Notes under the pieces: generated by a model | The model's input: only the letters and a program-made list of their open reading frames with translations | What the model was told of the DNA's origin: nothing | The model's database searches: none | From: a bacterium | GTDB lineage: Bacteria > Cyanobacteriota > Vampirovibrionia > Gastranaerophilales > JBAXKC01 | DNA length: 64,000 bases | Assembly: GCA_037137535.1 (NCBI GenBank) | Contig: JBAXKC010000006.1 | Coordinates: 33,002-97,001 of the forward strand | Reading direction: 5' to 3' | Shown: positions 1-9,932 of the stretch, piece after piece | How positions within the stretch are numbered: position 1 is the stretch's first letter | How the letters are laid out: each line of letters opens with the position of its first letter | Position numbers and translations under genes: made by a program

Positions 1-66
1 TTTAAGATATATCTGAAAAAATATTGTTGGCTCAAACTATGAGCATTAAATATTTTAGAGGGTGAA

Positions 67-786
67 ATGGTAGAAGTATTAGATAAATCGATTGCAAGCA
101 TGTTAATTAATTCAGAAATTCAAATTATAGATTGTCGGATTGAATTTATTACTTATCTAAAACAAATTTTTATAAAAAACTTAGCTAGGGCTGTTGATTG
201 GAATAAAATTTTTGATTTTAGTCTTAATTTTCTCTTGAAAATGAACTTAATTTCTATAAAAGTTAAAAATATAGAAAATTTAAGTTTTGCTCAGGCTAAA
301 TATCCGGATATTTATTATTGCCTACAAGGAAGAACTTTAGATTTAATAATAAGTTATATTTTATCAAAACATGTTATTTGCTCTCAGATGATGTTGAATT
401 TTGATAGTAAAAAAGAACTTAATGAAGCAAATAATTTATATTCTTGCATAGAATTTCTTAGAAGAAATAAAGGTTCTGTATGGGTTGGTATTGATAAAAA
501 ACCTACTGATAAAATAGCAGAAGCTTATTCTTATGGTGATAATATGTCGTATATTTGCTCAAATCTAAGCGGAATAAATATATTACCGATTTCTCATAAA
601 TTTAAAATAAGTAAAAAAATTGAGATATATTTTGAAGTTGGTAAACCAATAATATTAGGCTCAAATGATTTCAATGAAGAAGAACTGTCTGCTATATTTG
701 AACAAGAAATTAAATCATTAGCCAATCAACAAAAAGAACAAATTATTAATAATGATTTTAGCGGTTATGATTATTCTTTAATATAA
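67..786 (+). CDS. Hypothetical protein, possibly a degenerate acyltransferase (LPLAT-like) fold
   Basis: 239 aa ORF; C-terminal 'ILPISH...IYFEVGKPI' resembles LPLAT C-termini, but no HX4D motif seen. Confidence 0.4.
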   Translation: MVEVLDKSIASMLINSEIQIIDCRIEFITYLKQIFIKNLARAVDWNKIFDFSLNFLLKMNLISIKVKNIENLSFAQAKYPDIYYCLQGRTLDLIISYILSKHVICSQMMLNFDSKKELNEANNLYSCIEFLRRNKGSVWVGIDKKPTDKIAEAYSYGDNMSYICSNLSGINILPISHKFKISKKIEIYFEVGKPIILGSNDFNEEELSAIFEQEIKSLANQQKEQIINNDFSGYDYSLI

Positions 787-795
787 TTTCTTCAT

Positions 796-840
796 AAAAA
801 AGAGTTTTGCCATTTTCTTTTATGCAAAACTCTTTTTTTT
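796..840. terminator. Bidirectional intrinsic terminator
   Basis: AAAAAAGAGTTTTGC...GCAAAACTCTTTTTT inverted repeat between convergent genes. Confidence 0.8.
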
Positions 841-860
841 ATAAAATTAAATATGTTTAT

Positions 861-1394
861 TTAATAATCTGAATTAGAAACGTAATCTTCTTCATCTTTA
901 AGACTGGATAAATCATCTTGATAGATTGCTTCAAATCCGTCAGGTAACATATCTTCATCTGGCCAAACAGTTGTATCATCAAAAATACATTCAGTTAAAT
1001 TTTGAGTGGTACTTAGATCACTACTTGAAATGTCTGCACTTGAAAGGTCAGCACCGCTGAAGTCAGCTTCTTCAAATTCACATTTTTGAAGAATTGTGCT
1101 CATAAATTTAATTCCGTTAAGAATTGAATTAGTAAAATCACAATTTTTCATTGTAGTACCGGTTAAATCTATAGAGGTTAAATCACTGCCGATAAATTTT
1201 ACATTTTTAACATACATATCTGTAAAATCCGAACCAGTTAAATCGCAGTTGCTTAAATCAGCATCTTTCAACTCACATCCTCTAAAATCAAGTTCTGTAA
1301 GGTCTAACAAATCAGATACATCGTTAGGTCTTACTTTGTTGAACTCATCAATTGAGCCATTTCTTAAGAGTTGAAATAAATCATCTTTCTTCAT
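861..1394 (-). CDS. Pentapeptide repeat protein
   Basis: Tandem A(D/N)LXX-type repeats (ADLSN, CDLTG, SDFTD, ADFSG, ADLSS) and an acidic tail. Confidence 0.9.
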   Translation of the reverse strand: MKKDDLFQLLRNGSIDEFNKVRPNDVSDLLDLTELDFRGCELKDADLSNCDLTGSDFTDMYVKNVKFIGSDLTSIDLTGTTMKNCDFTNSILNGIKFMSTILQKCEFEEADFSGADLSSADISSSDLSTTQNLTECIFDDTTVWPDEDMLPDGFEAIYQDDLSSLKDEEDYVSNSDY

Positions 1395-1404
1395 AAAAAA
1401 CCTC

Positions 1405-2037
1405 TTAAATTAAAATATTCATTTGCATCGCTAGGAGTACAGCCTGTGTTCTATTTGAAACGTTTAATTTTTTGAAAATGCTGTTCAGGTGAGTTTTGAC
1501 AGTCACCTCTCTTACAAAGAGTTTATCAGCTATGTCTTGATTGTTTGCACCCTGAGCAACCATTTTTAAAACTTCTTTTTCTCTTGTTGTAAGCGGTGCA
1601 ATTGGCTCATTTGTAGTGAATGGAAGGTTTAACGCTTTTGATTGTGTTTGTTTACTGTTCCAGTTTGATCTTCTTAAAAGAGCTTCTACTCTAGCCAATA
1701 GATTTGGTAACGCAAACGGTTTGACTATATAGTCATCAGCTCCAAATTTCAAGCCTGAAATTTGTTTTTGTTCACTATCTATTGCCGTAAGCATAATGAT
1801 AGGAATATCTTCAATTTCTTTAGTATTTCTTATTGCCTTTAATGTTTCCCAGCCGTCCATATTTGGCATCATAACATCAAGAATTATCATATCAATACTA
1901 TTATTTGGTGCTGATATGATTTTTAGTGCCTGCAATCCATCAGTAGCAACTACAATTTCGTAACCGTACATCGGAAGCACATCGCTTAGGTATTTTGGAT
2001 TATCATCTACAATTAAAATTTTAGCTATGGAAGACAT
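1405..2037 (-). CDS. Response regulator, receiver + LuxR-type HTH
   Basis: VDD, DVMMP, GADDYIVKPF receiver; LTTREKEVL...TVKTHLNSIFKKL HTH. Confidence 0.92.
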   Translation of the reverse strand: MSSIAKILIVDDNPKYLSDVLPMYGYEIVVATDGLQALKIISAPNNSIDMIILDVMMPNMDGWETLKAIRNTKEIEDIPIIMLTAIDSEQKQISGLKFGADDYIVKPFALPNLLARVEALLRRSNWNSKQTQSKALNLPFTTNEPIAPLTTREKEVLKMVAQGANNQDIADKLFVREVTVKTHLNSIFKKLNVSNRTQAVLLAMQMNILI

Positions 2038-2103
2038 TTAATACTATCCTAATGTTATATAAAACTACGCTACCAAATATTATAGCAGGATTTGAATAAA
2101 TTG

Positions 2104-2805
2104 TTAAACTATACCATCTTTTAATGCTTTTATTGCAGCTTGAGTCCTGTCATCAACAGATAGCTTTTGAAGTATATTACAAACATGAGCTTTTGCGGTA
2201 TGTATACTTACAAAAAGTTTTTCTGCTATCTCTGCATTACTAAAGCCATCAACAATAAGTTTAAGAACTTCTAATTCTCTTTCTGTCAACTGGATTTTTT
2301 CAGAAGGTTCTTCATCTAAAGCATTTTCAGTTGTTTTATTTCCTCCTATTTCCACCGATGTTAAACACTTACCACTTTTTATTGATTTTAAAACTACATC
2401 TGCAATAGCAGGATCTAACCATGCTGCACCATCATAAACTGATTCTATTACATGAAGAAGTCTGTCAGGTTCTATATCTTTCAGGCAATATGCATTAGCA
2501 CCTGCTGTCAATGCTGTCCATACTTCGCTTTCATTGTTGTGAGAGGTAAGAATAATGACTTTTGTTTTAGTGTCATTATTCTTAATTTCTTTTGTCGCCT
2601 GAATACCGTTTATTCCCGGTAAGCCAAGATCCATAAGGATAATATCAGGTTTTATTTCTTTAGCTAATTGAACACCTGTTTCACCATCTTCAGCTTCATA
2701 AATATTTGTAATATTGCCTAATGATTCTAGTGCAGTTTTAAGCCCAAACCTTGTTAGGGTATGGTCTTCTATGATTAATACGCGTATGTTTTTAATTTTA
2801 TTCAA
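2104..2805 (-). CDS. NarL/LuxR family response regulator
   Basis: IEDH, MDLGLP, GANAYCLK receiver; LTERELEVL...TAKAHVCNILQKL HTH. Confidence 0.92.
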   Translation of the reverse strand: MNKIKNIRVLIIEDHTLTRFGLKTALESLGNITNIYEAEDGETGVQLAKEIKPDIILMDLGLPGINGIQATKEIKNNDTKTKVIILTSHNNESEVWTALTAGANAYCLKDIEPDRLLHVIESVYDGAAWLDPAIADVVLKSIKSGKCLTSVEIGGNKTTENALDEEPSEKIQLTERELEVLKLIVDGFSNAEIAEKLFVSIHTAKAHVCNILQKLSVDDRTQAAIKALKDGIV

Positions 2806-3359
2806 TCTGTCATCCTATGTACATAAAATAATACCTGATCTGTCTATTTTATTTTAATTGATTTATGGCAATCTATCAATTGTAAATGTGTTTTAAATTT
2901 ACATTTTTACAGATAAATAATAAGTTTGCAGATTATTTATGAGGCTATAGTCTACAAGTTGTAGTGCTTAAATATAAATTTATAAAGCTATCCATTTTTT
3001 ATAATTTTCAGTTTTATTTTAATTTAATTTGAAAGATTGTTTTTTTATTGAAAATAAACGTAATTTTGCTGTGATTTTTATTAAAAAAATCACATATAGC
3101 CAATTGTGGAATGTTCTTTCAAAATTTTACGATTAATATAATTACTGAAATTCATAATCATTTAGAATAAATATAGTCGCTATAAAATATTTGGCAGTAA
3201 TTAATATTAAATTAATAAATATTTACAAAAAAAATAACTTTTTAACTATTCATTTTTTTTATATTTGGTTTTTATGCACATGGATATTTTGAATGAGTTA
3301 GAAAAACACACAAAGTTACTTTGTACTAGTCTATGTTACAAAGAGAAGGAGACCTTTAA

Positions 3360-3515
3360 ATGATCACATTGAAAAAAAGAGAAACTGAAAGAGAAACATT
3401 ACGTAATTCAGACGAATTTGAAAAGTATTTAAAGGAACAACGTTCAAAGACAACCTGCAATGGTATGGAATTGGCTCCATTCAGCTGGTACATGAAGGCA
3501 TTAGGCTTATCATAA
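3360..3515 (+). CDS. Small hypothetical protein (51 aa), not in the ORF track
   Basis: AAGGAG RBS before ATG 3360; MITLKKRETERETLRNSDEFEKYLKEQRSKTTCNGMELAPFSWYMKALGLS; terminator follows directly. Confidence 0.75.
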   Translation: MITLKKRETERETLRNSDEFEKYLKEQRSKTTCNGMELAPFSWYMKALGLS

Positions 3516-3530
3516 CTTCTAAATAAAATT

Positions 3531-3571
3531 AAAAAAAATGACTCTGTTTTTAATACAGAGTCATTTTTTTT
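3531..3571. terminator. Bidirectional intrinsic terminator
   Basis: AAAAAAAATGACTCTGT...ACAGAGTCATTTTTTTT. Confidence 0.85.
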
Positions 3572-3572
3572 G

Positions 3573-5354
3573 TTACTTCTTTTTTAATTTACTTATGAAA
3601 ATTGGTTCTTTGCTTTTCTTTTTTTGAAGCGTTTTATGGTTTTTGATCAGATAATCAATCATTATTTTAAATTCTTTAGTATGAACTTCTTCAAAAATTA
3701 ATTTATTCAAATCAATTTCATTAAGTTTTTTTATTATATTTAATCTGTATTCGTCTTCATTGATTAGCTTTAAAATTAAATTTATATATTCTTCGTCATT
3801 ATGAGTTATTAATTCTTCTAATCCTAAAATTCTTAATAAAGATGAAGCTGATCTGTTGAAAAACTTTTTCCCTTCATATGCAACCAAGGGTTTTCTCAGA
3901 TAAACCATATCTACAGCTGTATTGTATCCTCCATAAGGGTAGGAATCAATTGATATATCGGATTCTTCAATTAATGACATATAGGTATTATAGTTTACAT
4001 TGCGGATAAGCTCAAAATTTTCTATGCCTAATACTGAAGCAATTTCATTTTTAAGAGGAATAAAGCAATTATATCTGGTGGGACCTGATGCGCCATAAAT
4101 ACGGAATAATACTTTTTTCTCTGATTTGTCTATAATTTTCTTTAAATTTTGCAGCATAGGATAATTTATTTTCATAGCACCCCATGAGCAGGAGATTATA
4201 AATTTATCAGTCTTGTTTTGAATATTTTTAATTTCATATTGAGGAAGTGCGGGCGGAGATGCATTTCCCGGCAGAAGAACAAGTCTTTCAGCATAATTTT
4301 CTTCAGCAAGTTCAGCAAATTCTACTTCTTCTCCACCGATGAAATAATCTATTTCAGATCCGTAAGTGCTGACTGGATGACCATAGCCTGCAATTTGTAT
4401 CGGAGCTATCCTTAGATTTGAAAGATAGATACTTTCCGCTCCTAGTCCAATATCAGGGTAATAAATTAGCATATAATCATTGTCTATAACAGCACTTAAA
4501 TCTAATTTTCCATTAATAAATTTTATGTTTTTTACTTCATTGAACAAACCTTTCTCTATTTCGGGATAAGGCTCTCCTGTATTGATAAGAGTAAGCTCAT
4601 AATTATCTTTCAATGATTCTACAAATCCGTAACACGTCCTGTATATTGAGGATCTTGCATTCCATCTTTTTGTTATTACTGCAATTTTCTTTTTATTATG
4701 TGAATTATTTATTGTCAGGTTTTTAAACATAGTTTTAATCAGTTCATTAATTTTGCCTTTGATTTTTTTATCAAGTCCGTCGCCATAATAAGAGCTTATT
4801 TGATAGGCAACATGTATTTGATAATGCATGGGGACAAATCTTTCATCAATGTTTTTTAAATGATAAATAAAATTGTCATACATTAATTCATTTACATATC
4901 CGCCTATAAAAAAGTAAGCAAGATACCAGCGTAAACCAAATTCGATGTTTGCATCAAAAAGTTCTTTAATATTTATTCTAATAGTATTTCGTGCAGAATA
5001 TAAAATTAATATTTTTAAATAATTATTTGGTTGGTTTTGTAAAATTTCTATATAAGTATCTGTATTTTTAAGGCGAGTCATTGCCACTAAATTAGATATA
5101 ACCATATTTAAGTCTATAAGTGTTCTAGCATAATCCACTCTTACAATATAGTCAGGCTTAGTGAAAAAATACATTAAATTTTCGACAAATATATTTATAA
5201 AGTAATAAGAAGAATCATCCATTTTAAAAAGAGTATTGTTTTTGTAATAGACGAGTACTTCTATAAATTTTTGAGTTATTTGGTCATAATTTTTATTCAA
5301 ATATAACTTCATTAACTCGTCAGAATTAAAACTTCCCACTTTTGAAATATTCAT
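3573..5354 (-). CDS. GT41 protein glycosyltransferase, HMW1C/NGT-like
   Basis: YPDIG...LSNLRIAPIQIAGYGHPVST...IDYFI; KIN; DSYPYGGYNTAVD; helical N-terminus without obvious TPRs. Confidence 0.8.
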   Translation of the reverse strand: MNISKVGSFNSDELMKLYLNKNYDQITQKFIEVLVYYKNNTLFKMDDSSYYFINIFVENLMYFFTKPDYIVRVDYARTLIDLNMVISNLVAMTRLKNTDTYIEILQNQPNNYLKILILYSARNTIRINIKELFDANIEFGLRWYLAYFFIGGYVNELMYDNFIYHLKNIDERFVPMHYQIHVAYQISSYYGDGLDKKIKGKINELIKTMFKNLTINNSHNKKKIAVITKRWNARSSIYRTCYGFVESLKDNYELTLINTGEPYPEIEKGLFNEVKNIKFINGKLDLSAVIDNDYMLIYYPDIGLGAESIYLSNLRIAPIQIAGYGHPVSTYGSEIDYFIGGEEVEFAELAEENYAERLVLLPGNASPPALPQYEIKNIQNKTDKFIISCSWGAMKINYPMLQNLKKIIDKSEKKVLFRIYGASGPTRYNCFIPLKNEIASVLGIENFELIRNVNYNTYMSLIEESDISIDSYPYGGYNTAVDMVYLRKPLVAYEGKKFFNRSASSLLRILGLEELITHNDEEYINLILKLINEDEYRLNIIKKLNEIDLNKLIFEEVHTKEFKIMIDYLIKNHKTLQKKKSKEPIFISKLKKK

Positions 5355-5496
5355 TCGTTATTCCTAAAAAGCTATTCTCTCATTGTGATAACCGCATTAT
5401 ATACTTCTATTCAAAATAACGCTAATAATATTTACTTATATAAGTAAACAGGACGATATTTTTTCGCCCTGTTTATTTTTTATCTTTCAATAAGAA

Positions 5497-6324
5497 TTAT
5501 AATTTATAAAAGTTTTTAATTCTATCAGTAATCATTTTTAGCCCGTCTTTAAAGTTGTCTTTTGCCTCTTCATTTTGCTTCGGTATAAATGTATTTTCAG
5601 GATAGTCCTCAATACAAACTTTAGGTGAATTTGGTTTTATGTAACTTGAATTTTCAATTTCAGGAGGAGTAGGATCGCAATCCAAACTATTTCTTTCTTG
5701 TTTTGTTTTGATAATTTTATCTAAAACTTCATCATTGAAAGTAGCATCATGTTTCTGATAAATATCAATAAATGATGGTCTGTTTTGTCCTTTTGTCGGC
5801 TTAGTCGTTAAATTCATTAAATCATCAAATGAAATACCGGGATGAGCGTTACCTTCTTTATCAATACCTGTTCCATCTTTTTCATAAGGACAAGCAGAAG
5901 ATAAAAGATTAAAAGTGTCTTTTTCTAAAATTTGTTTCATATGAGGAGGTTTTGCCATTAAGTCTGCTTTTAGCTGATCTATTCTTGTCTTAACAAGAGT
6001 AAGTTCATAATTGAGCTTTCCAATTTTAGAAAGGTTTATTTCATCCTCTGACTTTGCTTCTTCTTTTGCAATTTTAGCTTCTAGTTCTTTTTTCTCATTT
6101 TTTTTAGCTTTTAATTCTTTTTCTCTTTCGATATTTTGTGCTTTTACAGGATCAAAGGAATCCTGATACTTTTCAAGTTCTTTGCGCGTTATTTTACCGT
6201 CAAGTTTTCTTTCTTGTCCTTCAGAAAGACCTAGTGTCTGGAAATTATCGCTCATGTTTGTGAATACACCTCTTAAGGTGTATGTGTGATTTAATAAATT
6301 TGTCATTTGACCCCCACTATTCAT
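5497..6324 (-). CDS. Hypothetical protein with coiled-coil segment
   Basis: 275 aa ORF; K/E-rich heptad region; no family recognised. Confidence 0.6.
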   Translation of the reverse strand: MNSGGQMTNLLNHTYTLRGVFTNMSDNFQTLGLSEGQERKLDGKITRKELEKYQDSFDPVKAQNIEREKELKAKKNEKKELEAKIAKEEAKSEDEINLSKIGKLNYELTLVKTRIDQLKADLMAKPPHMKQILEKDTFNLLSSACPYEKDGTGIDKEGNAHPGISFDDLMNLTTKPTKGQNRPSFIDIYQKHDATFNDEVLDKIIKTKQERNSLDCDPTPPEIENSSYIKPNSPKVCIEDYPENTFIPKQNEEAKDNFKDGLKMITDRIKNFYKL

Positions 6325-6401
6325 AATTATTTGGTTTTATCCAAAAGTATATCTATTTAAAATCCAAATATGATAATAGTGAATAATATTTGGATTGAAT
6401 T

Positions 6402-7040
6402 TTAATATTTCTTAATTTTATCCATAATGTTTTGATAATCGGGAATGTCTAAAATAATCCATTCATATAACATTCTTATTTCTTTAAAGTCAACTTCGGT
6501 AAAAGCTTTAATTAATGAAGAGTAACTGACGTCATAGGCTTTAGGCATTGTTTTATACTCAAGTTCTTTAATTTTTTTATTAGAAAATCCACTTGTTTCA
6601 TAATCCCAAATATTTGCATAATTCAAATTTAAGTTAATGCAATATGGCAAATTTTCTTTTCCCAGTGATGTGTCTATTGAAATTAAACCGTAGGTTCTAC
6701 ATAAAATGGGGCGATATTCATATATAGTACAGCTATTTTCTTTATTAAAAGGGCAAGTATATGCAAAATCATGGATATTACTATTATTTTTGATGAAAAT
6801 TTGTCTGTTTTTATAGATTTCCCAAACTTTTTCATTTAACTCTTTAATATCTTCTTTTGAGAATAAAAGATTAATTCCTTTTTTAATATAGTCATATTCT
6901 ATGTTTGATATTGGGTAATAAGCGTTTGAACAGCAGTATCCGCACCCTATTTTACATTTAATGTAATCTTTTTGCTCTTTAAAATATGAATTTAATTTAT
7001 TTGTGATTTCATTAAGCTGTAATTCGTATGTTTTTAACAT
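6402..7040 (-). CDS. YkgJ-family cysteine cluster protein
   Basis: CKIGCGYCC, CPF, CTIYEYRPILCRTY. Confidence 0.85.
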   Translation of the reverse strand: MLKTYELQLNEITNKLNSYFKEQKDYIKCKIGCGYCCSNAYYPISNIEYDYIKKGINLLFSKEDIKELNEKVWEIYKNRQIFIKNNSNIHDFAYTCPFNKENSCTIYEYRPILCRTYGLISIDTSLGKENLPYCINLNLNYANIWDYETSGFSNKKIKELEYKTMPKAYDVSYSSLIKAFTEVDFKEIRMLYEWIILDIPDYQNIMDKIKKY

Positions 7041-7108
7041 TAAGACCTTTAATATATTTAAACCTGTTAGCTATTATTTACTTATACAATAAATAAAACT
7101 CTTTTTTA

Positions 7109-7651
7109 TTAAAAATATAGCGATTCAGCTAATTTATTTAAAATTTTCATTTTTTCTTCTTGCTCTCTATCTTCTAAAAGCATGTTTATAGCATTTTTAT
7201 AATCAAGTTTAGATGCTTTTTCTTCATCTAAAATTTGTTCATTAATATTATATTTTTTGCATAATTGTTTAAAATAATAAATTTGTCTGTTTGTTGCTTT
7301 GTCTTTAGACATTTTAAATTCTTGAACTTTTTTTCTCTGTATTTTGGCATAATCTTTTTGTTTTTGAATTAATGGAGCTAATTTTTCTTTCTGAGTGAAT
7401 TTATATTTATTTTCATAAATATATTTTTTACTATCAGCTAAAAAGTTTTCTTCATTTATAAATGCTTCAATCCATGGCATACGAGAACAGTTAATTTCAA
7501 GATAGTAACTTTCTTCTTCAATAAGATTATCTAAAATTTCTTCAGTAGATAAAGTATAGTTTTTCTTTGTGAAAATTTGAATGTGTTTACAAAATTCAGA
7601 TTTTTGGTGACTGGTAAGATAATTGAATATTTTGGACTTTACGCTGAACAT
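7109..7651 (-). CDS. Hypothetical protein
   Basis: 180 aa ORF starting immediately after the stop of 7652..7858. Confidence 0.65.
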   Translation of the reverse strand: MFSVKSKIFNYLTSHQKSEFCKHIQIFTKKNYTLSTEEILDNLIEEESYYLEINCSRMPWIEAFINEENFLADSKKYIYENKYKFTQKEKLAPLIQKQKDYAKIQRKKVQEFKMSKDKATNRQIYYFKQLCKKYNINEQILDEEKASKLDYKNAINMLLEDREQEEKMKILNKLAESLYF

Positions 7652-7858
7652 TTAGAATAAATCTTCAGGTCTGAAGCTGGAAGTATAATCATCATTTTTG
7701 TTTTTTATTTCAGTATGAACAAATTTCGCCAATCTTGTTTTGATTGGATTTGAATGATTAAAAGAAAAGTTTTTAAATGAGTTATTAAGCTCTTCTTTTT
7801 CTTTTAATTCTTTATTTTTTGAGAAATCCGCAAAAATTATTTTATCTTTATTATTCAT
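7652..7858 (-). CDS. Small hypothetical protein
   Basis: 68 aa ORF, GGA-type RBS, abuts the next gene. Confidence 0.55.
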   Translation of the reverse strand: MNNKDKIIFADFSKNKELKEKEELNNSFKNFSFNHSNPIKTRLAKFVHTEIKNKNDDYTSSFRPEDLF

Positions 7859-8020
7859 TAATTATTTATCCATCTGACTTTATTTAATATTTTATACCGT
7901 ACTCGTTAAAATTAGTACCCCCTATATATATAAAGTATTGAAGAAAATTTTTTTTGCCTGTTAATTTTTTTTGAAATAATATTATTTCTATTAACAATAA
8001 AATTCACGCTGTTTTGGAGT

Positions 8021-9118
8021 ATGAAATTGAGCTTAAATAATAAAAAAATTCTTATATCGGGTTACTATGGTTTTAATAATTTTGGCGATGACGCCATTTT
8101 GCACGTTATTATTGAAGATATAAAGAAAAATATTCCCGAAGCTGATATTACTGTTTTATCGGCAACACCACAAAGAACAGAAGCTGTATACGGAGTTAAA
8201 GCAGTAAATCGCTTTGACTTAAAGAAAGTTTTTTCTGCCATTAAATATACTGATGTGTTTGTGAGTGGCGGTGGCAGTCTTTTGCAGGATATTACAAGCT
8301 TTAAAAGTCTGGTTTATTATTTAGGTCTGATTTTTACCGCCAAAATGTTAACTAAAAAGGTTTTCATATATGCTCAAGGCATTGGCCCAATAGATAGCAA
8401 AATAGGAAGAGTTTTAACACATTTTGTTCTTAAAAGAGCAGATGTTGTTACCGTAAGGGATAATGACAGTAAAAACTTCCTTGATTACCTTGATGTTAAT
8501 GCAGATGTAACAGCTGATCCTGTTTGGAAAGCGTTAAATCCAGATTCTTTTGATTTTGAAAAATTCGGAATTAAACAAGATAAAATTAAAGTAGGCGTTC
8601 AGTTAAGAAACTGGAAAACACTTGATGATAAAGCTACAGAGCTGTTAGCTAAAGCTGTTAATAAAACCTTTGGCGATATGTCCTATCAGATAGTTTTACT
8701 ATCTTTGCAAGATTCCCAGGATTTAGCTGTTTCTAAGTTGTTTGAATCTAAATTAAAAGTTTTAAATCCTGTAATTGACACAAAAATAGTTTCAAATTTA
8801 TCAGTACTGGACGGATTAGCAGTAATTTCACAAATGGATTTCATGGCAGCAGTAAGATTTCACGCTGCATTATGTGCTATGAAGTTTAATATACCTACCT
8901 TTTGCATTTCTTATGATCCTAAAGTCTCTACATTAGCCGAAGAAGCAGGAGCTCCATGGGCATCAATCAATAAATTAAACTTGGAAGAAATTGAAGCTAA
9001 GCTAGAAGATCTTTCGATTAATAAAAGTTTACATGAGGAAAGATTAAGACTTTTCTCAAATAAGAAGCAGCAATTGGCAAATAAAAATGTTGATTTTCTT
9101 ATGAACATGTTAAAATAA
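8021..9118 (+). CDS. csaB: Polysaccharide pyruvyl transferase CsaB
   Basis: GYYGFNNFGDDA, SGGGSLLQDITS, AQGIGP, VTVRD, ADP, RFHA, SYDPKV. Confidence 0.92.
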   Translation: MKLSLNNKKILISGYYGFNNFGDDAILHVIIEDIKKNIPEADITVLSATPQRTEAVYGVKAVNRFDLKKVFSAIKYTDVFVSGGGSLLQDITSFKSLVYYLGLIFTAKMLTKKVFIYAQGIGPIDSKIGRVLTHFVLKRADVVTVRDNDSKNFLDYLDVNADVTADPVWKALNPDSFDFEKFGIKQDKIKVGVQLRNWKTLDDKATELLAKAVNKTFGDMSYQIVLLSLQDSQDLAVSKLFESKLKVLNPVIDTKIVSNLSVLDGLAVISQMDFMAAVRFHAALCAMKFNIPTFCISYDPKVSTLAEEAGAPWASINKLNLEEIEAKLEDLSINKSLHEERLRLFSNKKQQLANKNVDFLMNMLK

Positions 9119-9150
9119 TATTAAAATTTATTACATTTCTTGTACTCAGG

Positions 9151-9930
9151 GTGGGAGATATTGTGAACAATAATGAAACCATAAATACTGAAAGAGCCTT
9201 AATTCTTGGTTATCCTGTTGATTTGGTAAATATGGAGCAGGCTTTAAATATTGTAGAAAACTGGAAAAATACTTCCAGCGGTGGGCAAGTTGTTACAATA
9301 AACCCTGAAATGATAATGTTTGGCGAGCAAAACCTTGAATTGTCCGATATTTTAAAAAGTGCTGACCTGATAATACCTGATGGTGCAGGAATTATAACCT
9401 CTTTAAAAAAATTAAACATTCATAATATAAAAAGATTACCTGGGATCGAATTGTCTGAAGAAATCATTAAAACAGGTGCTGAAAAAGGTTATAAATTTGC
9501 ATTTTTAGGAGCAGGACCAAAAGTTGCAGAAGATGCATCTATTTGTTTATGTCAAAAATATTCAGGTTTGAACTTTGTATATATACGAGACGGTTATTTT
9601 ACCGATAACGATGAACAGTCTATTATCGATGAAATCAAACAAGCCGCTCCGGATGTTCTGTTTGTTGCACTTGGTGTACCTAAGCAAGAACTTTTTATAA
9701 AAAAATACAGAAATGAATTAAAATCTGTAATAATGATAGGAGTTGGCGGAAGTTTTGATGTTTGGTCAGGACGAATAAACAGAGCTCCTTTGATTTATAG
9801 AAAGTTAGGACTTGAATGGTTTTATAGGCTGATATGTCAGCCATCACGATTTAGCAGAATGTTCCCGACTATACCTTTGTTTTTTATAAAAGTGTTTTTG
9901 GACAAGAAAAATACAAGAAAAGAGAGTTAA
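9151..9930 (+). CDS. WecB/TagA/CpsF family glycosyltransferase
   Basis: TINPE, PDGAG, ALGVPKQE, GVGGSFD, LEWFYRL. Confidence 0.92.
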   Translation: MGDIVNNNETINTERALILGYPVDLVNMEQALNIVENWKNTSSGGQVVTINPEMIMFGEQNLELSDILKSADLIIPDGAGIITSLKKLNIHNIKRLPGIELSEEIIKTGAEKGYKFAFLGAGPKVAEDASICLCQKYSGLNFVYIRDGYFTDNDEQSIIDEIKQAAPDVLFVALGVPKQELFIKKYRNELKSVIMIGVGGSFDVWSGRINRAPLIYRKLGLEWFYRLICQPSRFSRMFPTIPLFFIKVFLDKKNTRKES

Positions 9931-9932
9931 AA

